A stretch of DNA of 64,000 nt from Eledone cirrhosa (taxonomy: Eukaryota): assembly GCA_964016885.1 (NCBI GenBank), contig OZ024741.1:251286001-251350000 (forward strand). Direction: 5' to 3'. The notes under the pieces are model-generated. The model was not told the DNA's origin. It saw only the letters and a program-made list of their open reading frames with translations, and made no database searches. Position 1 is the stretch's first letter. Each line of letters opens with the position of its first letter. Positions 41,295-55,281 of this stretch are shown one piece after another. The translations under genes were made by a program, and so were the position numbers.

Positions 41295-42580
41295 TGGTAG
41301 TGGTACCTATTTACAGCTAGGTGGACTGTACCACTGTTGTGGTAACTATTTACAGCTAGATGGACTCTACCATTGTGGTACCTACTTACAGCTAGGTGGA
41401 CTGTACCACTGTTGTGGTACCTATTTACAGCTAGATGGACTCTACCACTGTTGTGGTACCTACTTACAGCTAGGTGGACTGTACCACTGTTGTGGTACCT
41501 ATTTACAGCTAGATGGACTGTACCACTGTTGTGGTACCTACTTACAGCAAGGTGAACTATACAATACTGTGGTGGTACCTATTTACAGCTAGGTGGACTG
41601 TACCACTGTTGTGGTAACTATTTACAGCTAGATGGACTCTACCATTGTGGTACCTACTTACAGCTAGGTGGACTGTACCACTGTTGTGGTAACTATTTAC
41701 AGCTAGATGGACTGTACCACTGTTGTGGTACCTACTTACAGCTAGGTGGACTGTACCACTGTTGTGGTACCTATTTACAGCTAGATGGACTGTACCACTG
41801 TTGTGGTCCCTACTTACAGCAAGGTGAACTGTACAATACTGTGGTGGTACCTATTTACAGCTAGGTGGACTGTACCACATTGGTGCATATTTACAGCTGG
41901 GTGGACTGTACCCCACTGTGGTGGTACCTACATACAGCTAGTTGGAATGTACCTCATTGTGGCACCTACTGACAGCTAGGTGGAATGTTCTACACTGTGG
42001 TGGTACCTATTTAGAGCTAGGTCGATTGTACCTCACTGTGGTACCTACTGACAGCTAGGTGGGCTGTACTACATTGTGGTACCTATTGACAGCTAGGTGG
42101 ACTGTACTACATTGTGGTACCTACTGACAGCTAGGTGGACTGTACTACATTGTGGTACCTACTGACAGCTAGGTGGACTGTACTACATTGTGGTGGTATC
42201 TGCTTACAGCTAGGTAGACTGTACCACACTGTGGTACCTACTGACAGCTAGGTGGACTGTACTACATTGTGGTACCTACTGACAGCTAGGTGGACTGTAC
42301 TACATTGTGGTACCTACTGACAGCTAGGTAGACTGTACCACACTGTGGTACCTACAGACAGCTAGGTAGACTGTACCACACTGTGGTACCTACTGACAGC
42401 TAGGTAGACTGTACCACACTGTGGTACCTACTGACAGCTAGGTGGACTGTACCACACTGTGGTACCTACAGAGAGCTAGGTGGACTGTACTACATTGTGG
42501 TGGTATCTGCTTACAGCTAGGTAGACTGTACCACACTGTGGTACCTACAGACAGCTAGGTAGACTACGACATTGGTACCA
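41295..42580. repeat. 39-42 bp minisatellite (~30 copies) in two subtype blocks
   Basis: GGTACCTATTTACAGCTAGGTGGACTGTACCACTGTTGT (42 bp) shifts to GGTACCTACTGACAGCTAGGTGGACTGTACTACATTGT-type shorter units after about 41950. Confidence 0.93.
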
Positions 42581-42704
42581 CAAAGCTGTGCCAAATTACA
42601 CCATGAACAAACAAGCTATAATTAGGTGGCAAAATCTGCAGCCAACTCTACCTTGAATCCAACCAAACTGTTTAAATTAAAAGACACATTGACTAATAGT
42701 TTGT

Positions 42705-43102
42705 GATTTAGGCACAAGGCCAACAATTTTGGGAGAATGGAAAGACAATAAAATCAAACCCTGTGCATTACTGGTACTTTATTTTATCGACTCTGTAAGG
42801 ATGAAAGGTGACACTACCCTCAGTGGGATTTGAACTTAGAACATAAAGAGCCGTAATTATATGCTGCAAAGCATGTTGTCCACTGCTCTACCAATACTAC
42901 CAACACATCATCCTTTGAATAATGTCCACCAACACATTGAATAGGAGGCAAATTGGCCGAGTCATTAGAATGCTGGATAGAATGCTTTGCGGAATTCATT
43001 TCGACTCTCTACCCTCTGAATTCAAATCCCGCTGAGGTCAACTTTGCCTTCCATCCTTTCGAGGTTGGTAAAGAATGTACCAGATAAGTACTGGGTGTGA
43101 TT
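42705..43102. mobile_element. Head-to-head inverted pair of family-A SINEs
   Basis: Minus copy at 42705-42912 and plus copy at 42945-43102, with a spacer of about 30 bp. Confidence 0.75.
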
Positions 43103-43611
43103 CTTCCTCTATATTTCTTTCTCAATTTCATTCTCTCTCACTCTCTATTCTTCTCTGGAAAAAAATCTGCTGTATTTAGATCTCGAGAGGATTGGGCTCT
43201 GCCAGATTTTAAAATGCCCTAGAGACACTGTATGTCAATACAGCACTCCTACGACTCCCTCATGAGTTACAGGACCATGCATGCATGTAACATAATGAAT
43301 AGTGTAGCCTTTGATATATGAAAAGATGGGATGATGACAGCTGGAATGTCTAATGATCATAAGACATAAGTCTAAACTACAACCTACATATAACTATGTT
43401 TAAAGATGTGTGTTAAGATCCTTGTCCATAAAAGGAACTTTGTTCTAGTACTGGTATATGAACTGATGACTCCCCCACCCACATTATTGGTCTAGCCAAT
43501 CTAATAATAACAGGGCATATGACCCTTATTTTTTGCTTCCGTTTGAGGGCTTATGTACCTTGTTATTATTAGAGTATTCTCTGTAGTAAAAAAGTATGGT
43601 GATGTTACCTA

Positions 43612-46052
43612 ATCATCATCATCATCATTTTACGTCCGAATTTCCCTGCTTGCAAGGGTGGGATGGGTCTTATTCAGCACAGCATCTCTCCACTCGTCAC
43701 GGTCCTTCGTCATCTCCACCGTGAGCTTCAATGATCTGAGGTCTGTTCTCACCACCTCCGCCCATGTTTTTCGTGGTCTACCTCTACCACGTCTTCCTTC
43801 AACTGGCATTTCCTGGCACTTCTTCACTCATCGGTCATCCTCCATGCGCATCACATGTCCATACCACCTCAGTCTCCTCTCCCGTACAGTACATTCTATC
43901 CCTCTCAGACACAGTTTCTCTCTCAACACATTTATGCTGGGTCGTTCACGCACATTTACACTGCACATCCAACGTAGCATACTTGCCTCATTTCTCTCCA
44001 GCTGTCGCATATCTTCTGCGGTTGCTGCCCATGTCTCACTACCATGCAGCATCGCGCTCCTCACACAGGCATCATACAACTGGCCTTTCGTAGGCAGGGA
44101 GAAACCCTTCTTCGTCAACAGAGGAAGCAGCTCCCTAAACTTCTTCCAACCCGTCATTCTAGATACTATGGTCTCGGAACACCCTCCTCCCATGCTAATC
44201 TGATCTCCTAGGTACCGGAATCTATCCACCACTTCTATAGCGCCCTCCTGCATTTGAAAAATGTGTTTATCAATGCAACTTCTACTGTCTAATTTCCCTG
44301 TACATCTACTGCATACATTTCTCCCTACCTGTTAGTTTGCGTGCTATCCCGCTACATCTCTTGTGTACCCAGGATCTGCATTGTGTGCATTTTATAGAAT
44401 GTATGCCAGTTCCTTTTCTGCATATCGAACATGGCCATTTCCTTGACGGAATCAGGGTTTTGTCCTCTTTTCTACTCATCAACACTTTTGTCTTAGCTAG
44501 GTTCACTCTCAGTCCTCTTGCTTCCAACTGCTGTTTCCATAGCCAGAATTTATTCTCTAGCTCCTCTACTGATTCTGCTATAAGAACCAGATCGTCAGGA
44601 TAGAGAAGCTCCCATGGACAGCCAGTCTTAAACTCCTCTGCTATGGCTTGGAGGACTATAATGAACAAGAGCGGGTTGAGGACCGAACCTTGATGTACTC
44701 CTACTTGTATCTGGAATTCCTCACTAAACTCCATTCCTACCCTGACTTTACTGAGAGTATCTCTGTACAAAGTTTGCACTGTACTCACAAGCCATTCCTC
44801 AACACCTAGCTTCCTTAGGGACCACCAGATGACAGATCGGGGTACCCTATCAAAGGCCTTCTCTAGGTCAACAAAGGCTAAGTATTGTGGCTTATTTTTC
44901 TCTAAGAACCTCTCTTGCAATTGTCTCACCAAGAAGAGGGCATCTATTGTACTCTTCCCAGGCACAAAACAAAACTGCATCTCATCTAGTTTGACCCTTT
45001 CTCTAATTAGTTGTGCTAATATCCTTTCTGCCACTTTCATAACCTGATCCATCAGTTTTATACCCCTATAATTGCTCCTCTCCAGAGCATCCCCTTTACC
45101 TTTGTAGCAATTTATGAGAATACTGCTGCACCAGTCTTTGGGTGTGACACCACCATATATAGCCTGATTGATGATGCGTGCAACCAGCTTAGTGCCTACG
45201 TCACCTGATGCCTTCAGCATCTCGGCAACTATTCCTGATGGTCCAGCAACCTTACCATTTTTCATTTCCCTAATCGCCTCTTGGACCCTATATTTGTCAA
45301 TCTCAATAGCTGGTCCCTCTGTCGGATCTACTAAGGGTAATTTCTCTCTCTCCCATTCGTTCTCCACATTCATCAGTCTCTCATAATGACATTTCCAGGC
45401 CTCCTTTTTCTGATCATTCGTGACACTAAGTACACCGGCATCATCCTGGACACATTTATCTCCAACAACATCCTGATTTGCATTGACACACTTTCTTGCA
45501 ATGTGGAACACTGCACGCCTCTGATCTTCCCATCGCAGAACATTGGCAAACCTCCTACTCTCCGCCTCCCTGCGTGCTAAGTACACCTGATGTCTAGCTT
45601 CTCTCTTAGTGGCTGTATATTCTTCCCTACTCCCACCCTTTTTCCAAACCTTCTATGCTAGTCTTTTGTCTCTAATGGCCTTATCTACTGCGCTGTTCCA
45701 CCACCAGGTCACTCTCTGTCTGGTTGGAGCTCTGCTCCAGCCACAAGTTTCATCAGTAGCCTGCAGCAAGTTGTCACGTCAGAAATTCCAGTTATTATCT
45801 ATGTCATACGTCTCTAAATCGTCTTCTTTTTCGTCATATACATCTTGAAGGGCTTTCCTAAATTTGTATTTTAGTGAAAAGTCTTTTAGCTTCCAGACCT
45901 TTCTTCTCCACACCTTCCTGTATGTCTCATTCCATCTCTTGCTTACTGAGATATCACTAACGACTAACCTATGCTGTGGGGTACATTCTTCCCCAGGGTA
46001 TGCCTTGGTATTAGACACTATTTGCCTGTCCCGCTGCCTAACTAGTAAGAAG
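43612..46052 (-). mobile_element. 5'-truncated RTE-clade LINE with (GAT)n tail
   Basis: The end of the EN domain (QHRLVVSD), RT (FVDLEKAFDRV, GVHQGSVLNPLLF, YPDD), a PHD-like Cys cluster, RYLG, GSETW, RRLRWYGHVMR and GRGRPRKTW, then the tail CGGACGTAAAA(TGA)n. Stops and frameshifts are present. Confidence 0.93.
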
Positions 46053-46097
<45 letters not shown>

Positions 46098-47866
46098 ATA
46101 TGTAATATGTGTATTATATATGTTTAGCTCTAATCATTTCCACAGTTGTTGGACTGCTCAAGTCACACCTGTGGTTGTTAGTCAGCTCTCAGTTACTTTC
46201 ACAGCCAAATTTGTTATCTATCCTCAGCCAATATTCAATCTCTCTTTCTGGCTCCCATCACCCTGTCCTTATTTCTAAAAATATTCTTATAAATGTTTTC
46301 CTATTTAAAATGCATAAACCTTATTTTGAAGATTTAGGAGGAAAATGTTGGCTGCTATGTTGAGCAGGTCATGTGACTACATAGAAACTTCCCTAGTAGG
46401 CTGATGAGGGTCTTTATTATAAGGACAGCAAGGAATTTTATCAACATTGTCATCATCCTCATCCCCATCATCATTTAATGTCTGTTTTCTTTGCTAGCAA
46501 TGTTTGGATGAGTCATCACAGAGCAAGTTAGTTATTAATCAGAGCAACTGATCCCTCAGATGGGCCAGGACTTTATCCTACTTACATATGTTTCTGTACT
46601 CTACAAGGAATATTGTGCATTTTAACAGGACACCAGCAGGGAAATTTGGCTGCTTACTTGAACATTCCAAGCGGCTACATAGAAGCTTTATCTTTGTTCA
46701 TTGTGGTCCTAATTTTTAAGGTAATGGGAAGTTTGTTTAGGAAAAACTTGCTCAATACAGATTCAAGTGACAACTTCTAAACTTCCTCTCTGGCAACTTA
46801 TAAGCTAATTCAGTTTCTTACAATATTCAAGAATATATTCAGTTTTTAGTTGCTAGACAAAGAAAGAGGTGGGCAGAGGTGGTGTGAGCTGACTTCAAAT
46901 TCACAGAGGAGATGACAAAGAAACACAACAAATGGAGAGATGCCATGCTGAGGAGGACCTGTCGAACTTGTGCAAACAGGGAAAAATGGATGTAAAAACG
47001 ATGATAATGATAATGATGATTCAGTAAGTTGGATGATAACACAACATTAAAAAAACCATGTTGGAGTTTGTCAAATGAATGGATTGTACCTGTAATACAA
47101 TGGACCAGCTTTGTTACACATTGTATTAAAGTAATTCTGGCTGAGGATTGCATTAAGGGTACATATTGATATAGTGCGTAGGAATGTATCAATTGTCTAT
47201 TTCCAGTTAAAAACTAGAGCAAGATTGAGAAATATCTCTGGACTTTCCTCTCATAGTTCCAAATAATCATTTTTTTTTCTGCTTTACTGTCACTTCTTAC
47301 CAATTTCTTCCATTTTTCACCCCCACACACTTCTCTATCTATCTATCTGTTGTCTTCCCTCTTTTACCAGCCATTATACTTCCACTCTAGTCCATTCACC
47401 CAATCAATTTCTCCTCTCATAACCAATACTTTGCAGGTAACTACATTGGAATAGATAGAAACAACCATACTAAATAAAACTGGATCATGCTATACCCAGT
47501 TAAACAACTAGTTTCTGTATGCAGTTGGAACCATTTCCTATGATAATATCTTTAATCTCCATCTTAATTGAATTGACTGATACAAATAATACAAATAAAA
47601 CTAAGAATAATACACAGACCACCACTATTTCAACAACAATGATGTATGCCTGGATAATATGGGGTGATGATCTCCACCACACATAACCCCATGTGCCTCA
47701 TGGAAAGCGTTAACCCAGAGGATAGCGAGGAGAATGCGGGGATGAATTGAAATAGATATTCCAACTTGTGGTGCTTACTTCTGTGGGTGGCCAACTCCAT
47801 CCCGACAGCAATGTGTACCATATATATATATATGTGTAAAACGGTGATGATACATACATACATATA

Positions 47867-48041
47867 TCATCATCATCGTTTAATGTCTATCTTCCACGCT
47901 AGCATGGGTTAGACGGGAATAGTCCCACTTGAGGCAAGATTGATCGGGTGACCGTGTCTCATTTGTATAGAACTGTATCTGGCAGGTTTTCTATGGCTGG
48001 ATGCCCTTCCTAACACCAACCACATTTACAGTGTGGACTGG
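47867..48041 (-). mobile_element. RTE-tail SINE copy
   Basis: Closely similar to 20657-20823. Confidence 0.8.
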
Positions 48042-48576
48042 TATAGAGAGAGAGAGAGAGAGAGAGAGACGGGGGAGACCACAATGCATGGAAAGATGCA
48101 GAGTGGGTATAGAGCAGGGTATAAACCCTAAAGAAATGTGGGGCAGTTGAAGGTGTTTGTATGGAAGAAGAAGGCCTGTTAAAAAATTGGTTACCATGAT
48201 GAAGGCTGGGCTCAGTTGAGCCTCTCAACAAAAATGACACAGGAACCTAGTTGACTGGTGATTTACTGTACTACATAAGACTTGCCCCTCCAAACCAGCA
48301 ATTTGTAACAGGCATCGGTAGGGTGATATCACTGTAATGACTTAGAGGTACATCAATATTTAGGTTTCCCCTGCCAATAAACTACTAATTTATGTCCCCT
48401 GTCTTGTCAGTCTTCCTTACTCTTAGTTTGCTTACCTTCGCATTATTGACTCAATCTTCCTCCTTTATCTAAATCATCCCCATCTATCCTCCTTCATATT
48501 TAGTGCCCACCCTGCAAGTGGATAGTTGCCCACACATAGTCTATGTATATATATGCATATATATAAATATATATAA

Positions 48577-48625
<49 letters not shown>

Positions 48626-49231
48626 AAAAGTAAATGGAAAACAACATAGCAAACAATACAGTACAATACAGTACATTAGTTTAATGCTTGATATAGTAGG
48701 AGAAGAGTCTTAATATTTTGGACATTACTCTCCTTTATCGGGAGATAGAATGAGAAATAAAAGAAAAAATAGAAAGAAAGACAAACAGAAAACTATCTTC
48801 TTTTTTTTTAGTGGGGAGGAGAGTTAAAAAGCACGCCTGTAACCAGTCAGCCATGTTGGGGGAATATCTTTTGATCCCACAGTCCCTGATGAACTGTTAG
48901 TGAGCACTTAACCTCTTATCAAGAACTCCTCCATAACCCAAACACTTGCTCTCACTCACTTTCCTTCCTTCTTGGCAAGCAACACATAGCAGACTTTGCT
49001 ACCCCATCTCACAGTTCTACCATGTACAATGCTCCCACCTTCCATTCCCTATTTCTATAACTCACCTCTTTCTGCCCAGTTCAGGACTAATTGCCCAAGT
49101 TCTGGTGCTATGATAAAATACACCCAGGTCACATTGTATAGTGGTTGGTATTAAGAAGAGCATCCAGCTTTAGATACCAGGCCAAAGTAAAACATATGTA
49201 TATATACAGACACATAGATACATATATATAT

Positions 49232-49288
<57 letters not shown>

Positions 49289-49309
49289 TATATATATATA
49301 AACTCGTGC

Positions 49310-49340
<31 letters not shown>

Positions 49341-49616
49341 CATACATACATACATATATAAAGTCTGCAGTGCTGAGAGCGGAAGACCAAAAATCAGGGG
49401 AGTACTCTATATATTGGAAGACATAGTGTGGTCATAAAGTAAAGTAAAAACCCAACCGTGATACCCAACATTTTGGGGAATATTTGGCAAGCCTTTTCAA
49501 GTGTGTACTGAAACGGATTGCTGAATGCCAGCCGAAACCTCTAGGCATCGATGTCTGGTTTTTACCTTCGCCTCTCTCTGTATGTATATATGTATGTATG
49601 TATATATATATATATA

Positions 49617-49722
49617 GTGAAAATTTGAACGGGAACAAAAACAGAGAGTCAGACAAATAAGGGTTTATTAGGTTCATGCTCGAGAGTGGGGGTGGGCGTT
49701 TCGGGCATAAGCCCTTCTTCTC
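49617..49722 (-). mobile_element. Penelope-like pseudo-LTR remnant with minimal hammerhead-like motif
   Basis: Minus strand reads GAGAAGA-A-GGGC-TTAT-GCCC-GAAAC, followed by AATAAA, with (TA)n on both sides. Confidence 0.55.
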
Positions 49723-49907
49723 ATATACATATATATATATATATATATATAGTGAGTTAAATGAAAGAAAAGTGCACTCAACACAATGTGGGATCAGAGG
49801 ATATTTGTAATAAAAGTTATTTATGCATTACCAATGGTTTCATATATATATATGTATATATATGTGTGTGTGTGTGTATGCAAACATATATATACTCCAT
49901 TTTTTTC

Positions 49908-49969
<62 letters not shown>

Positions 49970-50009
49970 TACATATACCTACAGACATACCTATTTATAT
50001 ATACCTACA

Positions 50010-50047
<38 letters not shown>

Positions 50048-50398
50048 TGTGTATGTGTAGATGTGAAAGGAAGGTGGAAGGGAGGGGGGGCATGGTGTAT
50101 ATGTAATATATGTATATGTGTGTATGCATAAAGGTGTCTATATACATACACCCACAAATACATGATACACAGTGTCAGCTATGTGTTAGTTGTACACCAT
50201 TCAGTTGGCTTTGTCTTGTGATGTTGTCATAGTAACAGCCCCCACTCCACCCCCACACCACCACTACCACCACTGCCATACCTGCACACACCTATATATC
50301 ACACTGAGCAACAGATCTCATATACATATATATATATATAGTTATGTGTGTAAATATGTATGTCTGTATATATATACAGACATACATATTTACACACA

Positions 50399-50436
<38 letters not shown>

Positions 50437-50523
50437 TATTGAAGTTTCCGTTGAAAATTGAAAAAGTCATAGGAGTGAAGAGTGCTCTATGTAAGTTACA
50501 GAGCTAAATTTAATGTATAATAA

Positions 50524-50584
<61 letters not shown>

Positions 50585-50607
50585 ATACATACATATTTAC
50601 ACATAAT

Positions 50608-50650
<43 letters not shown>

Positions 50651-50729
50651 GCATGTATGTATATATGTGTGGGTGCATATATATATATATATATATACAC
50701 ACATACATACATACATATTTACACATAAT

Positions 50730-50762
<33 letters not shown>

Positions 50763-50910
50763 GCATGTATGTATATATGTGTGGGTGCATATATATATAT
50801 ATTTATATATATATATATATATACATACCTGTATGTATATATGTCTGTGTGTGTATATATATAAATATAAATGTATATATATATAAATATATACATTCAT
50901 ATTTATACAG

Positions 50911-50943
<33 letters not shown>

Positions 50944-51129
50944 AATATATATATATATTTACACACATAACTTTTCATATCTATTCATTTATCTATCTAT
51001 ATATCTATCTATTTATTATATATATATATATATATATAAATATATATACACACACATATCAATCAATTTCTCTCTCTCTCTGTATATATGATATATATAT
51101 ATATATGTATATACATATATAGTGAATGC

Positions 51130-51164
<35 letters not shown>

Positions 51165-51284
51165 AGACAATCACACACATACATACACACACATACATAC
51201 ACACACACATATATATATCCAACTTCCCAGTTCATAATATGTAGTACTGATCATATAATAGTGTTAACACTGCTATTGTGTAAT

Positions 51285-53780
51285 GGTGTTGTAGTGGTGG
51301 TGGTGGTGGTGGTGGTAGTGGTAGTGGTGGTTGTTGGGCTGCTGCTGCTGCTACTACTACTATTGCTGTTGTGGTAGTGGTCATTGTAGTTGTTCTTTAT
51401 ATCTCCATCATTACCACCACCACCTCCACTACTACCATCACCGCCACCACCTGACCACCACCATCACCACCACCACGACCTGTCCCACTCTACCCCTGAC
51501 CACCATCACCCCTAACCACCACCACCACCTGACCACCTCACTCCTGACCATCACCACCACCACCCCTGACCACTACCACCACCACCACCACCTGATCACC
51601 ACCACCACCACCACCACCTGACCACCTCACTCCTGACCACCACCACTACCACCACCACCCCTGACCACCACCACCACCTGACCACCACCACCACCACCAC
51701 CACCTGACCACCAACCCAGGTCATCTCTGACAAAGCCATTCCTACCATGAACAACATTTATTTTTTTAGAGTTATTTACTCACTGCATTCTCAGATGGAG
51801 ATTGGGTGAGATGTGAGGGTGATTTGGCTACTATTTCTAGACATCACGTGGTGATGGTGGCCAGTGCTGTGTACTGTAGGATGTGTTAGTGGTATAGAAG
51901 TGGTAATTGTAATGTGGTACTGTAATGGTGGCGTGTAGGGGTGATAGTGGTGGATGGTGTGGGTGTAGTGGTGTGGTGATGTAGGGTGTGTAGTGCTGTG
52001 GGGATGTAGTGGTGGGTGGTGGAGGTATAGAGGTGATAGCGGGGTGGTGATAGTGTAGCTGTGGGGGTGGGGGGGGGGGGGTAGTGTTGATAGTGGTGAG
52101 GTGATGTCGTGGTGGGTGGTGATGGTGGGGCTGTAGTGTTGGGTAGTGGGGGGGGGGGGGGGTATAGAGGTGAGAGTGATGTGATGATGTAGTTGTGGGT
52201 GGTGTAGTGGTGATAGTTGTGGGTGGTGTAGTGCTGGATGGTGTAGTGGTGGGTAGTGTAGTGGTGAATGGTGTAGTGGTGGATGGTGTAGTGGTGATAG
52301 TTGTGGGTGGTGTAGTGGTGATAGTCGTGGGTGGTTTAATGGTGTAGTGTTGGGTGGTGTAGTGGTGGATGGTGTAGTGGTGATAGTTGTGGGTGGTGTA
52401 GTGGTGATAATCGTGGGTGGTTTAGTGGTGTAGTGTAGTGGTGAATGGTGTAGTGGTGGATGGTGTAGTGGTGATAGTTGTGGGTGGTGTAGTGGTGATA
52501 GTTGTGGGTGGTTTAGTAGTGTAGTGTTGGGTGGTGTAGTGGTGGATGGTGTAATGAAAATGCTGGTTTTTTGGGGTTTTTTTACATTATTCAGTCAGGG
52601 TGGGAAAGAAGTATCCTGCCCTCTTGAACCACCGTTTGAAGGCCCTTTGACAGTGATGGAGTTGGGTGAAAGAAGGTCTCTTCAAAGCAGAGACCTGGCC
52701 CAAATGCTTACACCAGGATGGACCCTTCTAAGGGCATTTAAGGGCCAGATGGTGATGTTGAATGAGATGATGGACTAAGTCTACCGCGCAAGAGGTGAAT
52801 ATCGGTTAGTGATGATAGTAGTCTTGTAGTATTGGTTGTGGTAGGGTAGTGGTCATGGTTGCAATGTAAGGATGGTTGTGGTGTTGTGGTGGTGTAAAGG
52901 TGGTGGTGGTGGTGTAGTAGTGGTTGTGATGTGGTGGTAGCATAGTGATGTTGGTTGTCATTTAGAGAAGGGTGTTGGGGTTGTAGTATAAGGGTGGTTG
53001 TGATGTAGTGGTAGCGTAAAATTGATGGTTGTGGTGTAGTTGTGGTGTAATAGTGGTTGTGATGTGGTGGTAGCATAGTGATGTTGGTTGTCATTTAGAG
53101 AAGGGTGTTGGGGTTGTAGTATAAGGGTGGTTGTGATGTAGTGGTAGTGTAAAGGTGATTGTTGTGGTGTAGTGGTGATTGTGATACAGAGGTTGTGGTT
53201 GTGATGTGGTGGTAATTATAGTGGTGCTGGTTATGGCATAGAGCAGGGTGTTGAGGTTGTAGTGTAGAGGCGGTTGTGGTGGTTGTGGAGAAGTGGTGGT
53301 TTTGATGGTTATGGAATAGTAGTGGTTGTGATGTTGTGGTAGAGTGGTATTGGTTGTAGTGAAGTTGTGGTGGTTGGAGTGTAAAAGTGTTTGTGGTTAA
53401 GTGGTGATGCCATGGAAGTTGTGTTGTAGTGGTAGTAGTGGTAATGTAGTGGTGGCAGTGATGGTTGAATATAGTGGTGTTTGCAGTTGTGATAGTAGTG
53501 GTGTAGTGATTGTTATGACGTAGTAGTTATGATGGTGTTGTGGTAGTGGTGGTGATGTTCCATTAATAGTTGTAGTGGTAGCTATTGCATGGCGGTGTCT
53601 GCTATTGTAGTGGTTTATGTTGTAGTTTTCTATTGTTACTACATAGTGGTAGATGATGTTCTGGCTGTGGTGCTGTTAGTGGTTACTAATATAGCTGAAA
53701 TAATAGTGATAATTGTAACAATGATGATAGTACTTATAATAGTGGTAGTAGTAGATGTAGTGGTAGTAGTAGTAGTATGC
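51285..53780. repeat. Low-complexity (GGT/GTA/ACC)n region with local duplications
   Basis: Read directly; includes a ~134-bp duplication at about 52915 and 53050. Confidence 0.85.
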
Positions 53781-53985
53781 AGTGACACTATGGAAGTCAA
53801 GTTTCATCTGTATAGAAACATCAAGTGATGGAGGGGGGGGGGGGAGAAAGAAGTGTATGTATGTATGTATGTATGTATGTGTGTGAATGTATATAAGAGA
53901 GAAAGAGAGTGAGAGAATAAGACAGGTAGACATATAGACGGACAGCTATATTTATATATATATATCAATTGAACTATAACTTCCT

Positions 53986-54032
<47 letters not shown>

Positions 54033-54034
54033 TA

Positions 54035-54266
54035 TAATCCGAGGTTAGCTTTGCTTTTCATCCTTACGGGGTCGATAAATAAAGTACCAGTAATACACTG
54101 GGATAATTGCTGGCCTTGTGCCAAAAATAGAAACAATTATTATCATTATTATTACTGTAGGCCGAGGTTAACTTTGCCTTTCGTTCTTACGGGGTCGATA
54201 AAATAAAGTACCAGTAATACACTGGGATAATTGCTGGCCTTGTGCCTAAAGTAGAAACAATTATTA
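54035..54266 (+). mobile_element. Two tandem 5'-truncated family-A SINEs
   Basis: CCGAGGTTA.CTTTGC.TTTC..CTTACGGGGTCGATAAA..AAAGTACCAGTAATACACTGG...GAAACAATTATT occurs twice. Confidence 0.85.
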
Positions 54267-54481
54267 CTGAAGGATCTAAAGCCCGACAGCCAAGCTTAAA
54301 CCATTTCGATAGCAGACAGATAGACATGTAGAAACAAGAAGACAAAGAGTAGGATAGAGAGAGGGGAGAAAGAAAGTGGTGGAGATGATTAAAGGTGTGA
54401 TGGGAGGAAAGACCATTCCACACAACAACAATAACAACAACAATAATAACAAGGAAGTGAAGAAGGAATAATAAATCTTAC

Positions 54482-54925
54482 TTGTTCAGCTGTGTCCATG
54501 TTTTTATATATCCTGTGTAATGGTGACGGCGGCGGCGACGGCAGTGATGGTGACGACGACGACGACGACGGAGGAGGAAGAGGAGCAGACGATAGCGTAA
54601 CGGAGGGGGGGTAGGGTAGTGGTGGGTGTGGTAGTGTGAGTGGTGGTGGTGGTGGTGGTGGAGGTAGTGGCGGGTGTCATGTGCCGTGTATTCTGTGATG
54701 TGGTGGTGTTTAGTGGTGGATTAGTGGTGGTGGTGGTGGTGCTGTAGGTGTGAGCGGTGCTGGAGTGTAGTGGCGTGCAGTGTTTAATGAGGTGTAAATG
54801 CAGGGATGGTATTTTAGTGGTGGTGCAGTGGTGTATTAGTGTAGTTTTCTGTGATGTGGTGGCGTCGTGTAATGTAGCGTGGTGTTATGCAGTGTGGTGA
54901 GCTGTTGGAATTTCGCTTGTCGGTA
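54482..54925 (-). promoter_or_regulatory. CpG-rich patch ending in a splice donor: candidate promoter/first exon
   Basis: Dense CpG in an otherwise CpG-poor window. The minus strand reads AAAAAC-ATG-GAC-ACA-GCT-GAA-CAA|GTAAGA (ATG 54499, donor 54481). Confidence 0.4.
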
Positions 54926-55037
54926 ATTCTCCAATACATGTGTGTGTTCGTCTATGCATTTATAAGTGCGTGTGAATGTATATATAGGTGACTGCGTACG
55001 TATGTGTCTATGCATATGTATATAGGTGAGTGTGTAC

Positions 55038-55092
<55 letters not shown>

Positions 55093-55281
55093 CGTGTATG
55101 TGTGAGGGTGGGTATTTTCGTTAGCGTTCTTGTTGTTTAGCCCCAGGTCAGCCCTCGTCGAGCAGAACCGAAATCAAAGGTATTCCAGCCATAATCATTT
55201 TTTAAAGGGGATATCTAGGACTACATTAATCTGATGTGTCCTTTCATTTCTTTTGAGACGGTAAGGTACGTGTTTTGAGGG

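Noticed and set aside
41218-41592. HCCGTYLQLGGLY repeat protein
   Set aside because: It is a 42-bp minisatellite; the other frames carry TAG stops and this frame breaks down within the array.
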